This document shows, in pieces, positions 45,743-56,424 of a stretch of 64,000 nucleotides of DNA (position 1 is its first letter; each line of letters begins with the position of its first letter). The stretch covers positions 64,001 to 128,000 of the forward strand of contig OZ244160.1 of NCBI GenBank assembly GCA_965216325.1, in the 5' to 3' direction. The notes below the pieces were generated by a model. That model saw only the letters and a program-made list of their open reading frames with translations, did no database searches and was not told where the DNA came from. The position numbers and the translations under genes are program-made. This DNA comes from Coraliomargarita sp. Its GTDB lineage: Bacteria > Verrucomicrobiota > Verrucomicrobiia > Opitutales > Coraliomargaritaceae.

Positions 45743-45802
45743 GCGTAAAATTCGTCAGGATTGGTTTGCGATACGACTCTGCGCTGCTTTTGATTGAAAA
45801 AT

Positions 45803-46543
45803 ATGAACGAAGCTTCAGCCCCTCCGAGAATTGAGACACGCGACTTGGTGCGCGATTTTGGCAAGCGCCGCGTGGTCAATGGTGTCAATATAAACGTAAC
45901 CGCAGGGGAAATCGTCGGCTTGCTGGGGCCCAATGGTGCCGGTAAGACCACTACATTCTACATGGTGGTTGGTCTGATTCCGGCGACGCAGGGTAAGGTC
46001 TTTCTCGATGACGATGATCTGACGCCGTTGCCGATGTATCGTCGTGCGCGCCGTGGAATCGGTTATCTGCCACAGGAAGCATCGATTTTCCGCAAGATGA
46101 CTGTGGAGCAGAACATCCGTGCTGTCGCGGAGACGTTGCCGCTGAGCAAAGCTGAACGCAAGGCCTGCATTGAAGAGCATTTGGAAGAGCTGGGGCTGAC
46201 GCACCTAGCAAAGCAAAAAGCCTACACGCTCAGTGGTGGCGAGCGCCGTCGCTTAGAGATTTCTCGTGCACTGGTGACACAGCCTAAGTTCCTGTTGATG
46301 GATGAGCCGTTTAGCGGGGTGGATCCGATCAGCGTGAGCGAAGTGCAGAAGATTATCGTGCAGCTCAAAGATCGGGGCATCGGCGTGTTGATCACTGATC
46401 ACAATGTGCGTGAAACGCTGCAGATCGTGGATCGAGCCTATTTGCTCCACCAGGGCAAGGTTCTGGCTGAGGGAAGTAGCGACTTTCTGGTTAATGATCC
46501 GCAGAGCCGCGAGTTCTATCTCGGCGAAGATTTTAATATGTAG
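45803..46543 (+). CDS. lptB: LPS export ABC transporter ATPase
   Basis: GPNGAGKTT, YLPQEASIFRK, LSGGERRRLEI, DEPFSGVDP, ITDHNVRETL, YLGEDF. Confidence 0.96.
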   Translation: MNEASAPPRIETRDLVRDFGKRRVVNGVNINVTAGEIVGLLGPNGAGKTTTFYMVVGLIPATQGKVFLDDDDLTPLPMYRRARRGIGYLPQEASIFRKMTVEQNIRAVAETLPLSKAERKACIEEHLEELGLTHLAKQKAYTLSGGERRRLEISRALVTQPKFLLMDEPFSGVDPISVSEVQKIIVQLKDRGIGVLITDHNVRETLQIVDRAYLLHQGKVLAEGSSDFLVNDPQSREFYLGEDFNM

Positions 46544-46583
46544 GGCACAAATCCCCCCGTCCATTTTCTACTGACCTTCCATC

Positions 46584-47552
46584 ATGCCCAAACAAGTAAA
46601 AAGCAAAACCACTTTTGTTGAAGCCGTCTCGGTTCGTGAGTTCTTCGAATCCTTTAAGGAGCCACTTTCGCTCGAGCTGGTCGCCGGTGAGGCAGGTTTG
46701 GATAAGACCATTCGCGAACGTAGTTTGAATCGTCCCGCCTTGGCGCTGACGGGCTATTTCCGTTATTTTGCGACCAAGCGCATCCAGCTATTTGGTGCTG
46801 GTGAAATGGCATTTCTGCGTGATTTGGACGAAGAGGAGGAGCACCGTGTGATGACGGAGATTCTGAAACGAAATGTGCCCTGTCTGGTGATTTCGCGCCA
46901 CTTGTTGCCGACGAAGATCATGAAAAAGTTGGCGGATGAGTATGGCACGCCATTGATCCGTACCTCTCTCAAGTCGAAGACGCTGATAACCGAAGCAACT
47001 TTGCTGCTGGAGGATAAATTTGCGCCTCGCACACATATGCATGGCACCTTGTTGGATGTGCGTGGTGTGGGCACCCTGATTTGCGGTGAGAGTGGGGTTG
47101 GTAAGAGTGAGTGTGCGCTGGCACTGATTGAGCGTGGCCATAGTTTGGTTGCTGACGACCTGACCTATATCAAGCGTCTGAGTGACCGCGAATTGATGGG
47201 CACATCCTCGGAGTTGAGTCGCGGATATATGGAGTGTCGTGGCCTGGGCATCATCAATATCGCAGATCTGTTTGGTGTGCGCTCGGTGCGTCTGCAAAAA
47301 CGTATCGACTTAGTGATTAACTTTATCGCATGGACCAAAGGCATGCATGAAGAGCGCACTGGCCTCGAGGGCAAAACGCTTGAGATCTTGGGCCTACCCG
47401 TTGAGATTATGGAGATCCCGGTTCGCCCCGGGCGCGATATGGCGCGCTTGGTGGAAGTGGCTTCCATGGTGCATGCACTCAAAAACATGGGGCATGATTC
47501 CGCTGCGGAATTTAACGAAAAGTTGATCGCCCATATGGGTGGGGGCAACTAG
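46584..47552 (+). CDS. hprK: HPr(Ser) kinase/phosphorylase
   Basis: [47 protein letters not shown]. Confidence 0.96.
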   Translation: MPKQVKSKTTFVEAVSVREFFESFKEPLSLELVAGEAGLDKTIRERSLNRPALALTGYFRYFATKRIQLFGAGEMAFLRDLDEEEEHRVMTEILKRNVPCLVISRHLLPTKIMKKLADEYGTPLIRTSLKSKTLITEATLLLEDKFAPRTHMHGTLLDVRGVGTLICGESGVGKSECALALIERGHSLVADDLTYIKRLSDRELMGTSSELSRGYMECRGLGIINIADLFGVRSVRLQKRIDLVINFIAWTKGMHEERTGLEGKTLEILGLPVEIMEIPVRPGRDMARLVEVASMVHALKNMGHDSAAEFNEKLIAHMGGGN

Positions 47553-47574
47553 CAGTGGAGCAATACGACCAGTC

Positions 47575-48963
47575 ATGGAAGCGCTCCTGTATGGAATAAT
47601 TGTCGTCCTCTTGCTCGGGGCTGTTGGGCTATTTGTCGCGAATAACAAGCAGAAGACTAGAATCAAAGTCTTAGAAGCGGATCGTCGCTCGCAGATCGAA
47701 CATGAGCTCAATCTACAAGATCCTGCTTCAGTCGTTGAAGAACCGGTTAAAAAAGTACCTGTCCCAACAAATGCAGGTTTCTCTAAGCCGGCGTCGAATG
47801 CCTTGTTTGCCACACTGTCTCACGAGTTGCGCACGCCCTTGAATGGGGTGCTCGGGATCTCGCAGGTGCTTAATGAAGAGCGGGATAGCGAGGACCTTAA
47901 GGTGTTGGAAGGTTGTGCGCGCCATATGTTGGCGGTGTTGCACACTCTGGTGAATTTGTCGAAGGTGCAAGCTGAGTGGGGCCAACTGCCTGAGTATCGA
48001 GAGTGGGTGAGCCTGCACGAGTTGACTGAGCAAATTAAGAAAAATCTGAGTTTTCGAGCGCGTAGCCGTGGACTCAAGATTCAGCTGGAGCATCAGGATC
48101 AGACCTTGCGCTTGCGCGGTGATAGCGACCATCTGAAAACGATTATAGAGACTGCGTTGCTGGGGTCGATCGAATGTGTGGACATGACTGACCTTCCGGA
48201 TGAAGAGCAGACTTTATTGGTGACATGGTGCACCACGAAAAAGGATGTTAAGTTAATTATTGATAACCCACTGGAGACGATGGCTCCTAATCGTGGTGAA
48301 CGGATTTCGGAGGTCGCTGAGCTGACCACTGGAGACAGCCATTCACGAATTAAAATGGAGTTTCTTTATTGGGCGGTCTCGTCTGCATTGCTGGAGTATT
48401 ACAAGGGGGCGATGTTGGCGGTGGCAATTGAACCCAGTGGCGTGCGCACCACGCTGGCCTTTGAGATGGAGCGTATGCATGCCTCACCAACCAGTGGATT
48501 ACCCGTTGGTGGCTTACGACTTCAAACTGGGGATAAGGCCCCGAAAGCCATGGTTGAGTTGCCTCAGACTTTCAAGATTCTGGTGGCAGAGGATGATCAA
48601 ATCAATCGTGGTCTGATGGGCATGTTGCTCAAGCATATGGGGCAGGATGCACATTTCGTTACGAATGGTCAGGAGGTTCTCGATAGGCTTGAGACAGAAA
48701 CGGATTTCGACCTGATTTTGATGGATATTGATATGCCCATCTTGGATGGGATGTCCGCTGCACGTGCGCTACGGATCGGCGAAGTCGGCTATCATGGTAT
48801 GGAAATTCCAATTGTTGCCGTAACGGCGTTTAACGCACTCTCTGATCAGGGGAAATTTAAGAAGGCTGGCATGGACTACTTCTTGCCGAAGCCGCTGGGA
48901 TTAGCAAATCTACGTGAGGTTTTGCTCGAGATTATACGCAAGCAACGTAGCGAAGCTGTTTAA
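47575..48963 (+). CDS. Membrane-anchored hybrid HisKA-receiver protein with degenerate ATPase domain
   Basis: N-terminal TM, LSHELRTPLNG, receiver (VAEDD, LMDIDMP, VTA, LPKP); N/G1/G2 boxes not recognisable. Confidence 0.85.
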   Translation: MEALLYGIIVVLLLGAVGLFVANNKQKTRIKVLEADRRSQIEHELNLQDPASVVEEPVKKVPVPTNAGFSKPASNALFATLSHELRTPLNGVLGISQVLNEERDSEDLKVLEGCARHMLAVLHTLVNLSKVQAEWGQLPEYREWVSLHELTEQIKKNLSFRARSRGLKIQLEHQDQTLRLRGDSDHLKTIIETALLGSIECVDMTDLPDEEQTLLVTWCTTKKDVKLIIDNPLETMAPNRGERISEVAELTTGDSHSRIKMEFLYWAVSSALLEYYKGAMLAVAIEPSGVRTTLAFEMERMHASPTSGLPVGGLRLQTGDKAPKAMVELPQTFKILVAEDDQINRGLMGMLLKHMGQDAHFVTNGQEVLDRLETETDFDLILMDIDMPILDGMSAARALRIGEVGYHGMEIPIVAVTAFNALSDQGKFKKAGMDYFLPKPLGLANLREVLLEIIRKQRSEAV

Positions 48964-48971
48964 ACTCTGTT

Positions 48972-49472
48972 ATGCGCAATAGTGTGGTTTTGATCGGAAT
49001 GCCGGGCTGTGGCAAAAGCACGCTTGGGGTGTTGCTTGCGAAGCGTTTGGCGATGGGATTTGTGGATACCGATCTAATCATTCAGGCGCAGGCTGGAATG
49101 CGGCTGCAAGAATTTCAGCAGCTCCATGGTATGGATGCCTTTCGTGAACTGGAATGTCGTGTGCTATCTTCCGTTGACTGTGCACATACCGTGGTCGCGA
49201 CTGGTGGGAGTGCAATCTATTACCCGGAAGCGATGTCGCATCTCAAGGAAGTGGGCAGAGTGATCTACTTAGATGTTCCTCTCGCGGAGATTCAGAGGCG
49301 TATTGGTGCTTTATCGGTTCGTGGTGTGGTTATGGATGCAGGGGCAACCCTTGCGGATCTCTATGAGGAGCGATCACCGCTTTACCGTGAATATGCGAAT
49401 GATGTGATTGCCTGTGAAATGAAGCCGCTGGATGTCATTCTAAATGAAGTGGTCCGCTTGCTGCGCACATAG
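48972..49472 (+). CDS. aroK: Shikimate kinase
   Basis: GMPGCGKST, FVDTD, FRELE, VATGGS, ERSPLY. Confidence 0.92.
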   Translation: MRNSVVLIGMPGCGKSTLGVLLAKRLAMGFVDTDLIIQAQAGMRLQEFQQLHGMDAFRELECRVLSSVDCAHTVVATGGSAIYYPEAMSHLKEVGRVIYLDVPLAEIQRRIGALSVRGVVMDAGATLADLYEERSPLYREYANDVIACEMKPLDVILNEVVRLLRT

Positions 49473-49522
49473 ATTTTGCCATTGCACCTGCGGTGCTTTA
49501 TGGCGGACTGGTAGTTTGTCGT

Positions 49523-50164
49523 ATGAAAATTGAATCAGCAGTCTTTCAGGCCAGTGCACTCGACCTCGAGGCGTGTCCTCCTTCGCATTTACCCGAGTTT
49601 GCATTTGTCGGGCGTTCCAATGTGGGGAAGTCGTCGCTGATCAATATGTTGACGGCGAAATCTGAGTTGGCGCACACTTCAAGCAAGCCAGGCAAGACTC
49701 AGTTGATTAATTTCTTCAAGATTAATGATGCGTGGAATTTAGTCGATTTACCAGGCTATGGCTATGCGAAGCTGTCCAAAAAGAAACAAGAGGATTTCAA
49801 CATTCATGTGAGTGGCTATTTACTGGGGCGCGAAAACCTGAAGCAGATCTTTGTGCTCGTGGATTCGCAGTTGGAACCACTGGATGGAGATCTGGCTTTT
49901 ATCGATTGGTTGCAGGACTGTAAGTTGCCGTATTCGGTGATTTTTACCAAAACGGACCGTGGTTCGAACACGACTGCGAAGAATCATGCAGAGCAATTTT
50001 CGGCAGAACTGGAGCGTCTTGAGCTGAAACCTACCGAAAGTTTCACTTGTTCTTCTAAAACCCGCAAGGGCCGCAATGAGATCTTGCAGTGGATCGACAA
50101 GCAGTTGCCGAAAAAATCAAAGAAGAAAAAGGGGAAGTCGGTTAACCTCGGCTGGATGAAGTAG
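49523..50164 (+). CDS. engB: Ribosome biogenesis GTPase YihA/YsxC (EngB)
   Basis: GRSNVGKSS, PGKTQ, DLPGYGYA, TKTD. Confidence 0.95.
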   Translation: MKIESAVFQASALDLEACPPSHLPEFAFVGRSNVGKSSLINMLTAKSELAHTSSKPGKTQLINFFKINDAWNLVDLPGYGYAKLSKKKQEDFNIHVSGYLLGRENLKQIFVLVDSQLEPLDGDLAFIDWLQDCKLPYSVIFTKTDRGSNTTAKNHAEQFSAELERLELKPTESFTCSSKTRKGRNEILQWIDKQLPKKSKKKKGKSVNLGWMK

Positions 50165-50287
50165 GGCAGCAGTTGCCTACTTTGTTAAAAGACGTATTTT
50201 CGGTTGCAGGAGCGGCGACTTTAGCACAGTGTAGGGAAAAACACCTATGTTCCGGGTGATAATTACTCTACTTAAGTGCGCATTACC

Positions 50288-50677
50288 ATGCCGTTGCCTC
50301 CTGAAATCACTTTTGATGCCAGTCTGCCGAAGGTTGATCGTGAGCAGTTGGACATGCTATTGATGGCTGATGAGGGGGAGGATGCCATCGCCTTTGTGCG
50401 TGAGATCTATCAGATTTTCCGGAGTGAGTCAGATGAGAAGCTCGCTCAATTGGATGCCATTTGCGCGTCGAATGAACTGCCTCAACTGCGCAATGCCGTT
50501 CACTTTGTGGCGGGGAGTGCTGGAAATCTGGGTATGGTGCGCTTGCACAGCCTCCTGCGGGCGATCGAAGAGGCAATTGATCTGCAACAGCTTACCGCCC
50601 CAGAAGCACTGGTGGCGTCGATACGAAGGGAGTATACGAGCGCCTGTGAGGCCTTCGAGCAGGAGCTTCTAGCTTAG
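50288..50677 (+). CDS. Stand-alone Hpt (histidine phosphotransfer) protein
   Basis: Helical protein with AVHFVAGSAGNLG (cf. AHxLKGSAxxLG). Confidence 0.85.
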   Translation: MPLPPEITFDASLPKVDREQLDMLLMADEGEDAIAFVREIYQIFRSESDEKLAQLDAICASNELPQLRNAVHFVAGSAGNLGMVRLHSLLRAIEEAIDLQQLTAPEALVASIRREYTSACEAFEQELLA

Positions 50678-50823
50678 TTTTTGGCGTCCGGTGGCGTTTG
50701 TTCAAATCCGTGCACGTGCTCGGTCTCTTCCGGAGTGCGTAGCACTTTGAGGATACACCAAAGTAGTAGGGCGCTGACTGAGCCTACTGAGAGGGCCATG
50801 ATAATCCATCCACTCAAGGTCAT
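50674..50823 (-). CDS. Small single-pass membrane protein (49 aa), probable NSS transporter small subunit; not in ORF track
   Basis: [53 protein letters not shown] overlap with NSS stop; AAGGAGG upstream. Confidence 0.8.
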   Translation of the reverse strand: MTLSGWIIMALSVGSVSALLLWCILKVLRTPEETEHVHGFEQTPPDAKN

Positions 50824-52544
50824 TTGGATGCCTCCTTATCAGTTACTTTTTTATAGTCTGGGTTAAGCGACACAATGAAGACGAACAATGCCGCTACGGT
50901 TGAAATTAGACCTACGCTGAGCCAGGCAACTGTATTCGGCTCGATGAATAGGTCGCGAACGTATCCACTGACTTCGGATTCACCTGTCTGGAAATTCAAG
51001 CCGAAGATATTGCTGGCGATCCACATCACGAAGATAATTAGCAGGAAGGCGGGGCAGAGGTATTTCATGATCACTCTGAAAAATCCTGGAATGCGTATTG
51101 CGGATCCTTCGTGCGCTAACTCGAGGCCTTTGTCGACTCCGAGAATCCAGCCAAAAATTATGATCTGAATCGTCGAGAGCACGAAGATCAGGAAAGTGCC
51201 GACCCAGAAATCCATGGTGTCGAGTGCTTTCACACCGGCGCTAAAGTAGACCACAAAGCCACAGCCGACGACTGTGATCAGGCCGAGGAGGGCGACTGAC
51301 TGCTTGCGGTTGATTTTTAGGGCTTCCTCCAGAAAGGCGATGCCCGGCTGCAACATCGAGAGTGAGCTGGTGACCGCAGCCAGAAAGAGGAGGAAGAAGA
51401 ATAGGAAGCCGAACAGTCCGCCGAAGGCCATATTGGCGAAGACCATCGGAAGCACATTGAATCCGAGGCCAAAGGTGCCCATGCCAGCCACGCCGGCCAC
51501 TCCGAGGAAGGTCACGGCAGCAGGCAGGGTAATCAAGCCGCCAAGAGCGACTTCGCAGAACTCGTTGGCGCTGGTGGCCGCTAGGCCGCTTAACACCACA
51601 TCATCCTTTTTCGATAAGTAGCTGGAGTAGGTGATGATCACGCCGAAGCCCACGGACAAGGAGAAGAAGATTTGTCCCGCGGCTGCGAGCCAGAGGTTCG
51701 GGTTTAGCAATTGCTCTACCACAGTGATCGTGTGGATGCGTAGGTTCTCGTCGTCGGCTGCTTGAGTCTCTATATTGGCCAAGCGTGTGGCATCGACGAT
51801 TTCCTCGCCGCGAATCCATTGACCTTCGTTGTTTTTGCTTTCAACGACTTGTTTTTGAGGATTCCACATGAAGCCTAGGCCATTGTTCACGTTGCGATCC
51901 GGGTGCGCTGCATCGGGTGTGCCGAGGGTGAGCACGCGAAACAAGATGACGAATGCAATTAGCACGAGTGTGGGCATCGCATACTTGCAGAATAGCTCGA
52001 TACCTTTGGAGAGCCCCCGATAGATCAACACGAAATTCAGTATAAAGACCAGTATGAGGAATACGCCGACCTGCTTGAGTCCAAAGCCCAGTGCGGAACC
52101 GTCGGCTTCAATGCCGATGAAACCACCCCAGAATGCGCTGGCATCGCTAACGGTCGCAAAGTCCATATTGCCTGCGAGGAAGTTGACCGCATAGCCCAAG
52201 CACCACGCCTCGATGTAGACGTAATACATGTAAATGATGACAGGGATGAGCACCCCAATGACGCCCAAATATTTGAAGGCTGGCTTTTGAGTAATGTAGT
52301 TGTAGATGCCCGGGCTTGAATTGAAGCCGCCTTGTCCGCCGTGGCGCCCCATGGTCCATTCTGCCCAGCAAATTGGCAAGCCGATCAGCAAGAAGGAGAT
52401 GAAGTAGGCCAACATAAAGGCACCACCACCAAATTCTGCTGCTTGACCGGGAAAACGAAGGAAATTACCGAGGCCAACCGCGCTACCGGCTACCGCTAAG
52501 ATGACGCCGACGCGCGAGTTCCAAGATTCCGTATGCTTACTCAT
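50820..52544 (-). CDS. Sodium-dependent neurotransmitter:sodium symporter (NSS/SNF) family transporter
   Basis: [46 protein letters not shown]. Confidence 0.95.
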   Translation of the reverse strand: MSKHTESWNSRVGVILAVAGSAVGLGNFLRFPGQAAEFGGGAFMLAYFISFLLIGLPICWAEWTMGRHGGQGGFNSSPGIYNYITQKPAFKYLGVIGVLIPVIIYMYYVYIEAWCLGYAVNFLAGNMDFATVSDASAFWGGFIGIEADGSALGFGLKQVGVFLILVFILNFVLIYRGLSKGIELFCKYAMPTLVLIAFVILFRVLTLGTPDAAHPDRNVNNGLGFMWNPQKQVVESKNNEGQWIRGEEIVDATRLANIETQAADDENLRIHTITVVEQLLNPNLWLAAAGQIFFSLSVGFGVIITYSSYLSKKDDVVLSGLAATSANEFCEVALGGLITLPAAVTFLGVAGVAGMGTFGLGFNVLPMVFANMAFGGLFGFLFFFLLFLAAVTSSLSMLQPGIAFLEEALKINRKQSVALLGLITVVGCGFVVYFSAGVKALDTMDFWVGTFLIFVLSTIQIIIFGWILGVDKGLELAHEGSAIRIPGFFRVIMKYLCPAFLLIIFVMWIASNIFGLNFQTGESEVSGYVRDLFIEPNTVAWLSVGLISTVAALFVFIVSLNPDYKKVTDKEASK

Positions 52545-52643
52545 GTGATGAGCGCTATTAATTGGTCGGCTGCAATGATAAGCCAGAAAAAAATCTGCTA
52601 AACAGGGTGACTTTCGCCGCAGGGCTGTCTTAGATCGTAGGAT

Positions 52644-53756
52644 ATGTCTTTGATTGATCGCTATGTTTTGAAGGAGTGGGCCGTCGCGTTTGCGCTCACA
52701 CTGGGTGTCGTGCTCGGTATTCTTATCCTGCAAAACATGTATGATAGTTTGCCGGATCTGCTGGATGCCGGAGCAAATTTTGAGCAAATTGTATTCTACT
52801 ATGGATTGGCCTTGCCCGGATACATGCCAACCATTCTGCCAATTACTTTTCTGGTATCGTTGCTGTTTTCAGTGGGCACCTTGCATCGTAACAATGAGAT
52901 CACTGCGATGCGAGCTTCAGGCTGTAGCTTGTTTCGGCTGAGCCGTTCACTATGGTTGGCTGGCCTGTTGCTTTCCTTCGGATTATTCTACCTGACCGCG
53001 CTGGTGATTCCACGCACGGTGGAACAGGCGCGCACCTTTTTTGAGAATTTGGAATTTGCTGCGGAAGCGGTGCAGCGGGATGCCAAGGAAGTTGGGCTCA
53101 TTTATAATCTCGGCTTCGACAATCGCAAAGACAACCGGCTGTGGTTCATGAATCGTTTCAGTGAGCAGGCCTGGCTCGCGATGGGGGTCAATGTTCATAC
53201 GCGTACTGAGGATGGGCGTGAAATACACCGAATCTCCGCTGAAGAAGCTTATTTCGATGAGGCATTGGGCTATTGGGTGTTCCAAGATGGCCGTGAGTTG
53301 ATCATCGATGAAGAGACTGGAGATGAGTTGGGATTACTGCCCTTTGAGGAGAAGGTGTTCGAGAGCTTTACAGAGGATCCAAGCCTGATGCTAACTTTGC
53401 ATAAAGATGCAGACGAGCTGTCTTTGAATGAGCTTCGCCGTATTATGGATACGGTGCCCGCGGAGGAGAACCCTGCCGTGCATGCCTATGCGGTGCGCTA
53501 TTTCCACCTGCTGGCCGCTCCGTTTAGTTGTTTCGTGCTGGTTGGGATCGCGGTGCCGTTTGCGACTTCGGGCGTGCGGACTAACCCAATGATCGGCATT
53601 TCCAAGTGTTTAAGCTATTTCGTCGGCTTTTTGGTTTTGGTTAGTTTCTGCTCGCTGCTTGGAGAGCGTCAAATCTTGACGACATGGTTGGCTGCGTGGT
53701 TACCGAATATTCTAATGCTTGGTGTGGCCGTCTGGCTCTTTGCCCGAGCGCGATAA
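52644..53756 (+). CDS. LptF/LptG-family LPS export permease
   Basis: [21 protein letters not shown], periplasmic domain, LAAWLPN. Confidence 0.92.
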   Translation: MSLIDRYVLKEWAVAFALTLGVVLGILILQNMYDSLPDLLDAGANFEQIVFYYGLALPGYMPTILPITFLVSLLFSVGTLHRNNEITAMRASGCSLFRLSRSLWLAGLLLSFGLFYLTALVIPRTVEQARTFFENLEFAAEAVQRDAKEVGLIYNLGFDNRKDNRLWFMNRFSEQAWLAMGVNVHTRTEDGREIHRISAEEAYFDEALGYWVFQDGRELIIDEETGDELGLLPFEEKVFESFTEDPSLMLTLHKDADELSLNELRRIMDTVPAEENPAVHAYAVRYFHLLAAPFSCFVLVGIAVPFATSGVRTNPMIGISKCLSYFVGFLVLVSFCSLLGERQILTTWLAAWLPNILMLGVAVWLFARAR

Positions 53757-53758
53757 CG

Positions 53759-54871
53759 ATGGAAGCGTCTTCTTACTCGATTACGTTGGCTGATTCGGCC
53801 AGCACCAGTTCACATCCATGGCTGCCGAAGTCGGCACTGAGTTTTCCAAAAGGGGAGCCACCGCATGCGACAGCCGCGACTTTGGTCGATGCCCAGGGGC
53901 AGTCGCTCGGCAGTGGCCTCTATGATCCACGTGATCCGCTGGGGGCTTGGCGGCGCTTCAGCTGGGGCGAAGCGGTGGCGTTTGACGAAAGCTATATCGC
54001 GGCGACCATCCACGAGGCTTTGGGGCGTCGTGGTGAAGAATCGTGCCGCCGCTTGATTAGTTCTGACGCGGATTATTTACCTGGTCTGATTGTCGAGCAG
54101 TTTGAAGATCTAATTTTGATCGAGACACAAACAGCTGCAGTTGAGCAGCACCAGTCGTTGGTGGCGGAAATTCTAAAGGAATGCTACGCGCCGCAAGAGA
54201 TGGTGCTTATCAATCAGGTGGGTGAGCGTCGCACGCTGAGTGGCAATAATCTTAAGGGGCGCTGGGTTGAGTTGGATGGTCTCTCGTATCGTATCGACCC
54301 GCTGAACGTAGAGAAAGCACGACTCTATTTGGATCAGCGCGAGCAATACTCGTTGGTTGGCAGTCTATGTGAAGGTCGCCATGTGCTCGATTGTTTTGCG
54401 CATAGTGGTGCTTTTGCGCTGCAGGCGATGCATTGTGGCGCCGACTTGGCAGTTGCGGTCGACGCCAATCATTTCTGCGCGAAAGCCATTGGTGCGAATG
54501 CTCAGAAGAATGGTCTCGTCGTTGAGGCAATCCATGCAGGGGTGGATGAGGTCTTGGATCGTTGTGACCCCGGAGCCTTTGATGCGATCGTTTTTGATCC
54601 GCCCGAGCAGTTCTCCGCGAATGCAGAAGCTTTGGAAGCGATGCACCGTAAGGCCTTTGCAATCCTTCCGCCAGGGGGCGTTTTGGCAACGTATTGCCGT
54701 GGCTCGGCTCTAGAGGCGGCTGAGTTTGATCAGATTGTATCGAATGCAGCTGCTGCAATGGGCCGCGAGGGGCGCATCTTCGCTCGCATCAGCCAACCTT
54801 TCGATTTTCCTGTGCTGTTAAATCTGCCGGAAAGTCGTTCGTTGAAGGGGCTAATCCTGCAGGTTGAGTGA
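53759..54871 (+). CDS. RlmI-like class I SAM-dependent methyltransferase
   Basis: PUA-like HPW, SDADYLPGLIVE, YLDQR, VLDCFAHSGAF, FDPP. Confidence 0.85.
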   Translation: MEASSYSITLADSASTSSHPWLPKSALSFPKGEPPHATAATLVDAQGQSLGSGLYDPRDPLGAWRRFSWGEAVAFDESYIAATIHEALGRRGEESCRRLISSDADYLPGLIVEQFEDLILIETQTAAVEQHQSLVAEILKECYAPQEMVLINQVGERRTLSGNNLKGRWVELDGLSYRIDPLNVEKARLYLDQREQYSLVGSLCEGRHVLDCFAHSGAFALQAMHCGADLAVAVDANHFCAKAIGANAQKNGLVVEAIHAGVDEVLDRCDPGAFDAIVFDPPEQFSANAEALEAMHRKAFAILPPGGVLATYCRGSALEAAEFDQIVSNAAAAMGREGRIFARISQPFDFPVLLNLPESRSLKGLILQVE

Positions 54872-54884
54872 ATCTAGTCTGCGC

Positions 54885-55757
54885 TTAGTGGATACGTTCA
54901 CCCATTGCTTGAATTAGACTCACCAAGAATTCGGTGTTCCCCCCAAGTGCTTCGCACAGCTCAATGGCTTTGTGTGTGTGAGCGTTTGCCTGTTCGCGCG
55001 CGCCGTCGATACCGTGGAGCGCGACGTAGGTCGATTTGTCGGCTGCGGCGTCGTTGCCGACCGGTTTGCCCATGGCTTCGGCGCTGGAGGTCGCATCGAG
55101 AATGTCGTCGATGACTTGAAAGGCCATGCCGAGTTCGTAGCCGATCTGGCGCATCTGTGCGATGTGTTGGTCGCTTGGATTACCAAAGTGTAGGCCCATC
55201 ATGAGTGCAGCAGTTAGCAAGGCTGCGGTCTTATTTTCGTGAATGAAGCGGAGTGTGTCGGCGTCGATCGGTTTGCCTTCATTTTCGATGTCCTCCATCT
55301 GGCCGCCGATCAGTTGTTGGCTACTGGAGGCCTCAGCAAGCTCGCTTATCAGTGCGGTAGCGAGTGCAGGGGTGTCGCGGTATGCCTTGGATAACAGTTG
55401 AAAGGCATAGGTGAGGAGGGCGTCGCCTGCGAGCACAGCGGTGGCTTCGTCGAACTGCACATGGCAGGAGGGGCGACCACGGCGAAGGTCGCTATCATCG
55501 ATCGAGGGCAGATCATCGTGGATCAGTGTGTAGGTGTGCAGGCATTCGATTGCGACTGCGGCGGCAACCGGATCCGCTTGGCTTGGAAACAGCTCGCTGG
55601 CAGCGATGAGTAACACAGGGCGCAAGCGCTTGCCGCCAGCTTCCATCGAATAACGCATGGCCGCGTGGAGGTTCGCTGGACGCGTCTCTGCGCTGGGTAG
55701 GAGATTGTCAATCCCTTGCTCGACACGTTGTTGGTAGCTGAGTAATTTTTCTTTCAA
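54885..55757 (-). CDS. ispA: Farnesyl/geranylgeranyl diphosphate synthase
   Basis: GGKRLRP, LIHDDLP-IDD-DLRRG, GQMED, KT, FQVIDDILD. Confidence 0.93.
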   Translation of the reverse strand: MKEKLLSYQQRVEQGIDNLLPSAETRPANLHAAMRYSMEAGGKRLRPVLLIAASELFPSQADPVAAAVAIECLHTYTLIHDDLPSIDDSDLRRGRPSCHVQFDEATAVLAGDALLTYAFQLLSKAYRDTPALATALISELAEASSSQQLIGGQMEDIENEGKPIDADTLRFIHENKTAALLTAALMMGLHFGNPSDQHIAQMRQIGYELGMAFQVIDDILDATSSAEAMGKPVGNDAAADKSTYVALHGIDGAREQANAHTHKAIELCEALGGNTEFLVSLIQAMGERIH

Positions 55758-55794
55758 TACGTTATCCTCTGGGATAGCTGTATTGAATCCAGCT

Positions 55795-56391
55795 ATGAAG
55801 GAAACCCCAATTTTTGAAGAACTGTGTATCCGCTTAGTGCGTCAACCGCAAGTGGGACTGAAGCTGCTGATTGGAGGGCTGCTCTCGTTTGTCCCGGTCT
55901 TGAATCTGCTGGCTTTTGGTTACCTCTACCGACTGACACTAAAAGTGCGGCAGACGGGTCGTTTTGAGTTACCTAATTGGGAGGACTGGAGTGGGCTCTT
56001 TCGCGATGGCATCCGCTTTGCGATCCCTTGGCTTGCATATTGGCTGGTGCCGGTAGGTGGCGGCTTTGTGCTCGCCTCGATTCTTGGGAGTATTGGACTC
56101 GGTGCTTTATCTTACCTTCTGTTTAGTGTCATCTTGGCACTGTCGCCTGTGTTTTTGGGAGCTGCTTTATTCCGAGTGCAGGCGCGTAATGATTTTAAGG
56201 CCTTGCTGGATGTCGTTTTAATTCTACGCCTAAGTGTCTTGCAGTGGAGTCGTATGTTGGTGCCGATTTTGACATTCGCGGGTTTGTTATTTGTCGCAGG
56301 CCCATTGTATGGTTTTTCAATGTTTATCGGTTTTGTTTTAATACTTACTTACACGACGTATACATTTAGTGCATTAGAATCTCGCCGTTAG
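55795..56391 (+). CDS. Integral membrane protein, DUF4013-like
   Basis: LIGGLLSFVPVLNL-AFGY, LPNWEDW-GLF-DG; several TM segments. Confidence 0.75.
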   Translation: MKETPIFEELCIRLVRQPQVGLKLLIGGLLSFVPVLNLLAFGYLYRLTLKVRQTGRFELPNWEDWSGLFRDGIRFAIPWLAYWLVPVGGGFVLASILGSIGLGALSYLLFSVILALSPVFLGAALFRVQARNDFKALLDVVLILRLSVLQWSRMLVPILTFAGLLFVAGPLYGFSMFIGFVLILTYTTYTFSALESRR

Positions 56392-56424
56392 AATACATGG
56401 TAATGTTCACTTGGATATATTTTT

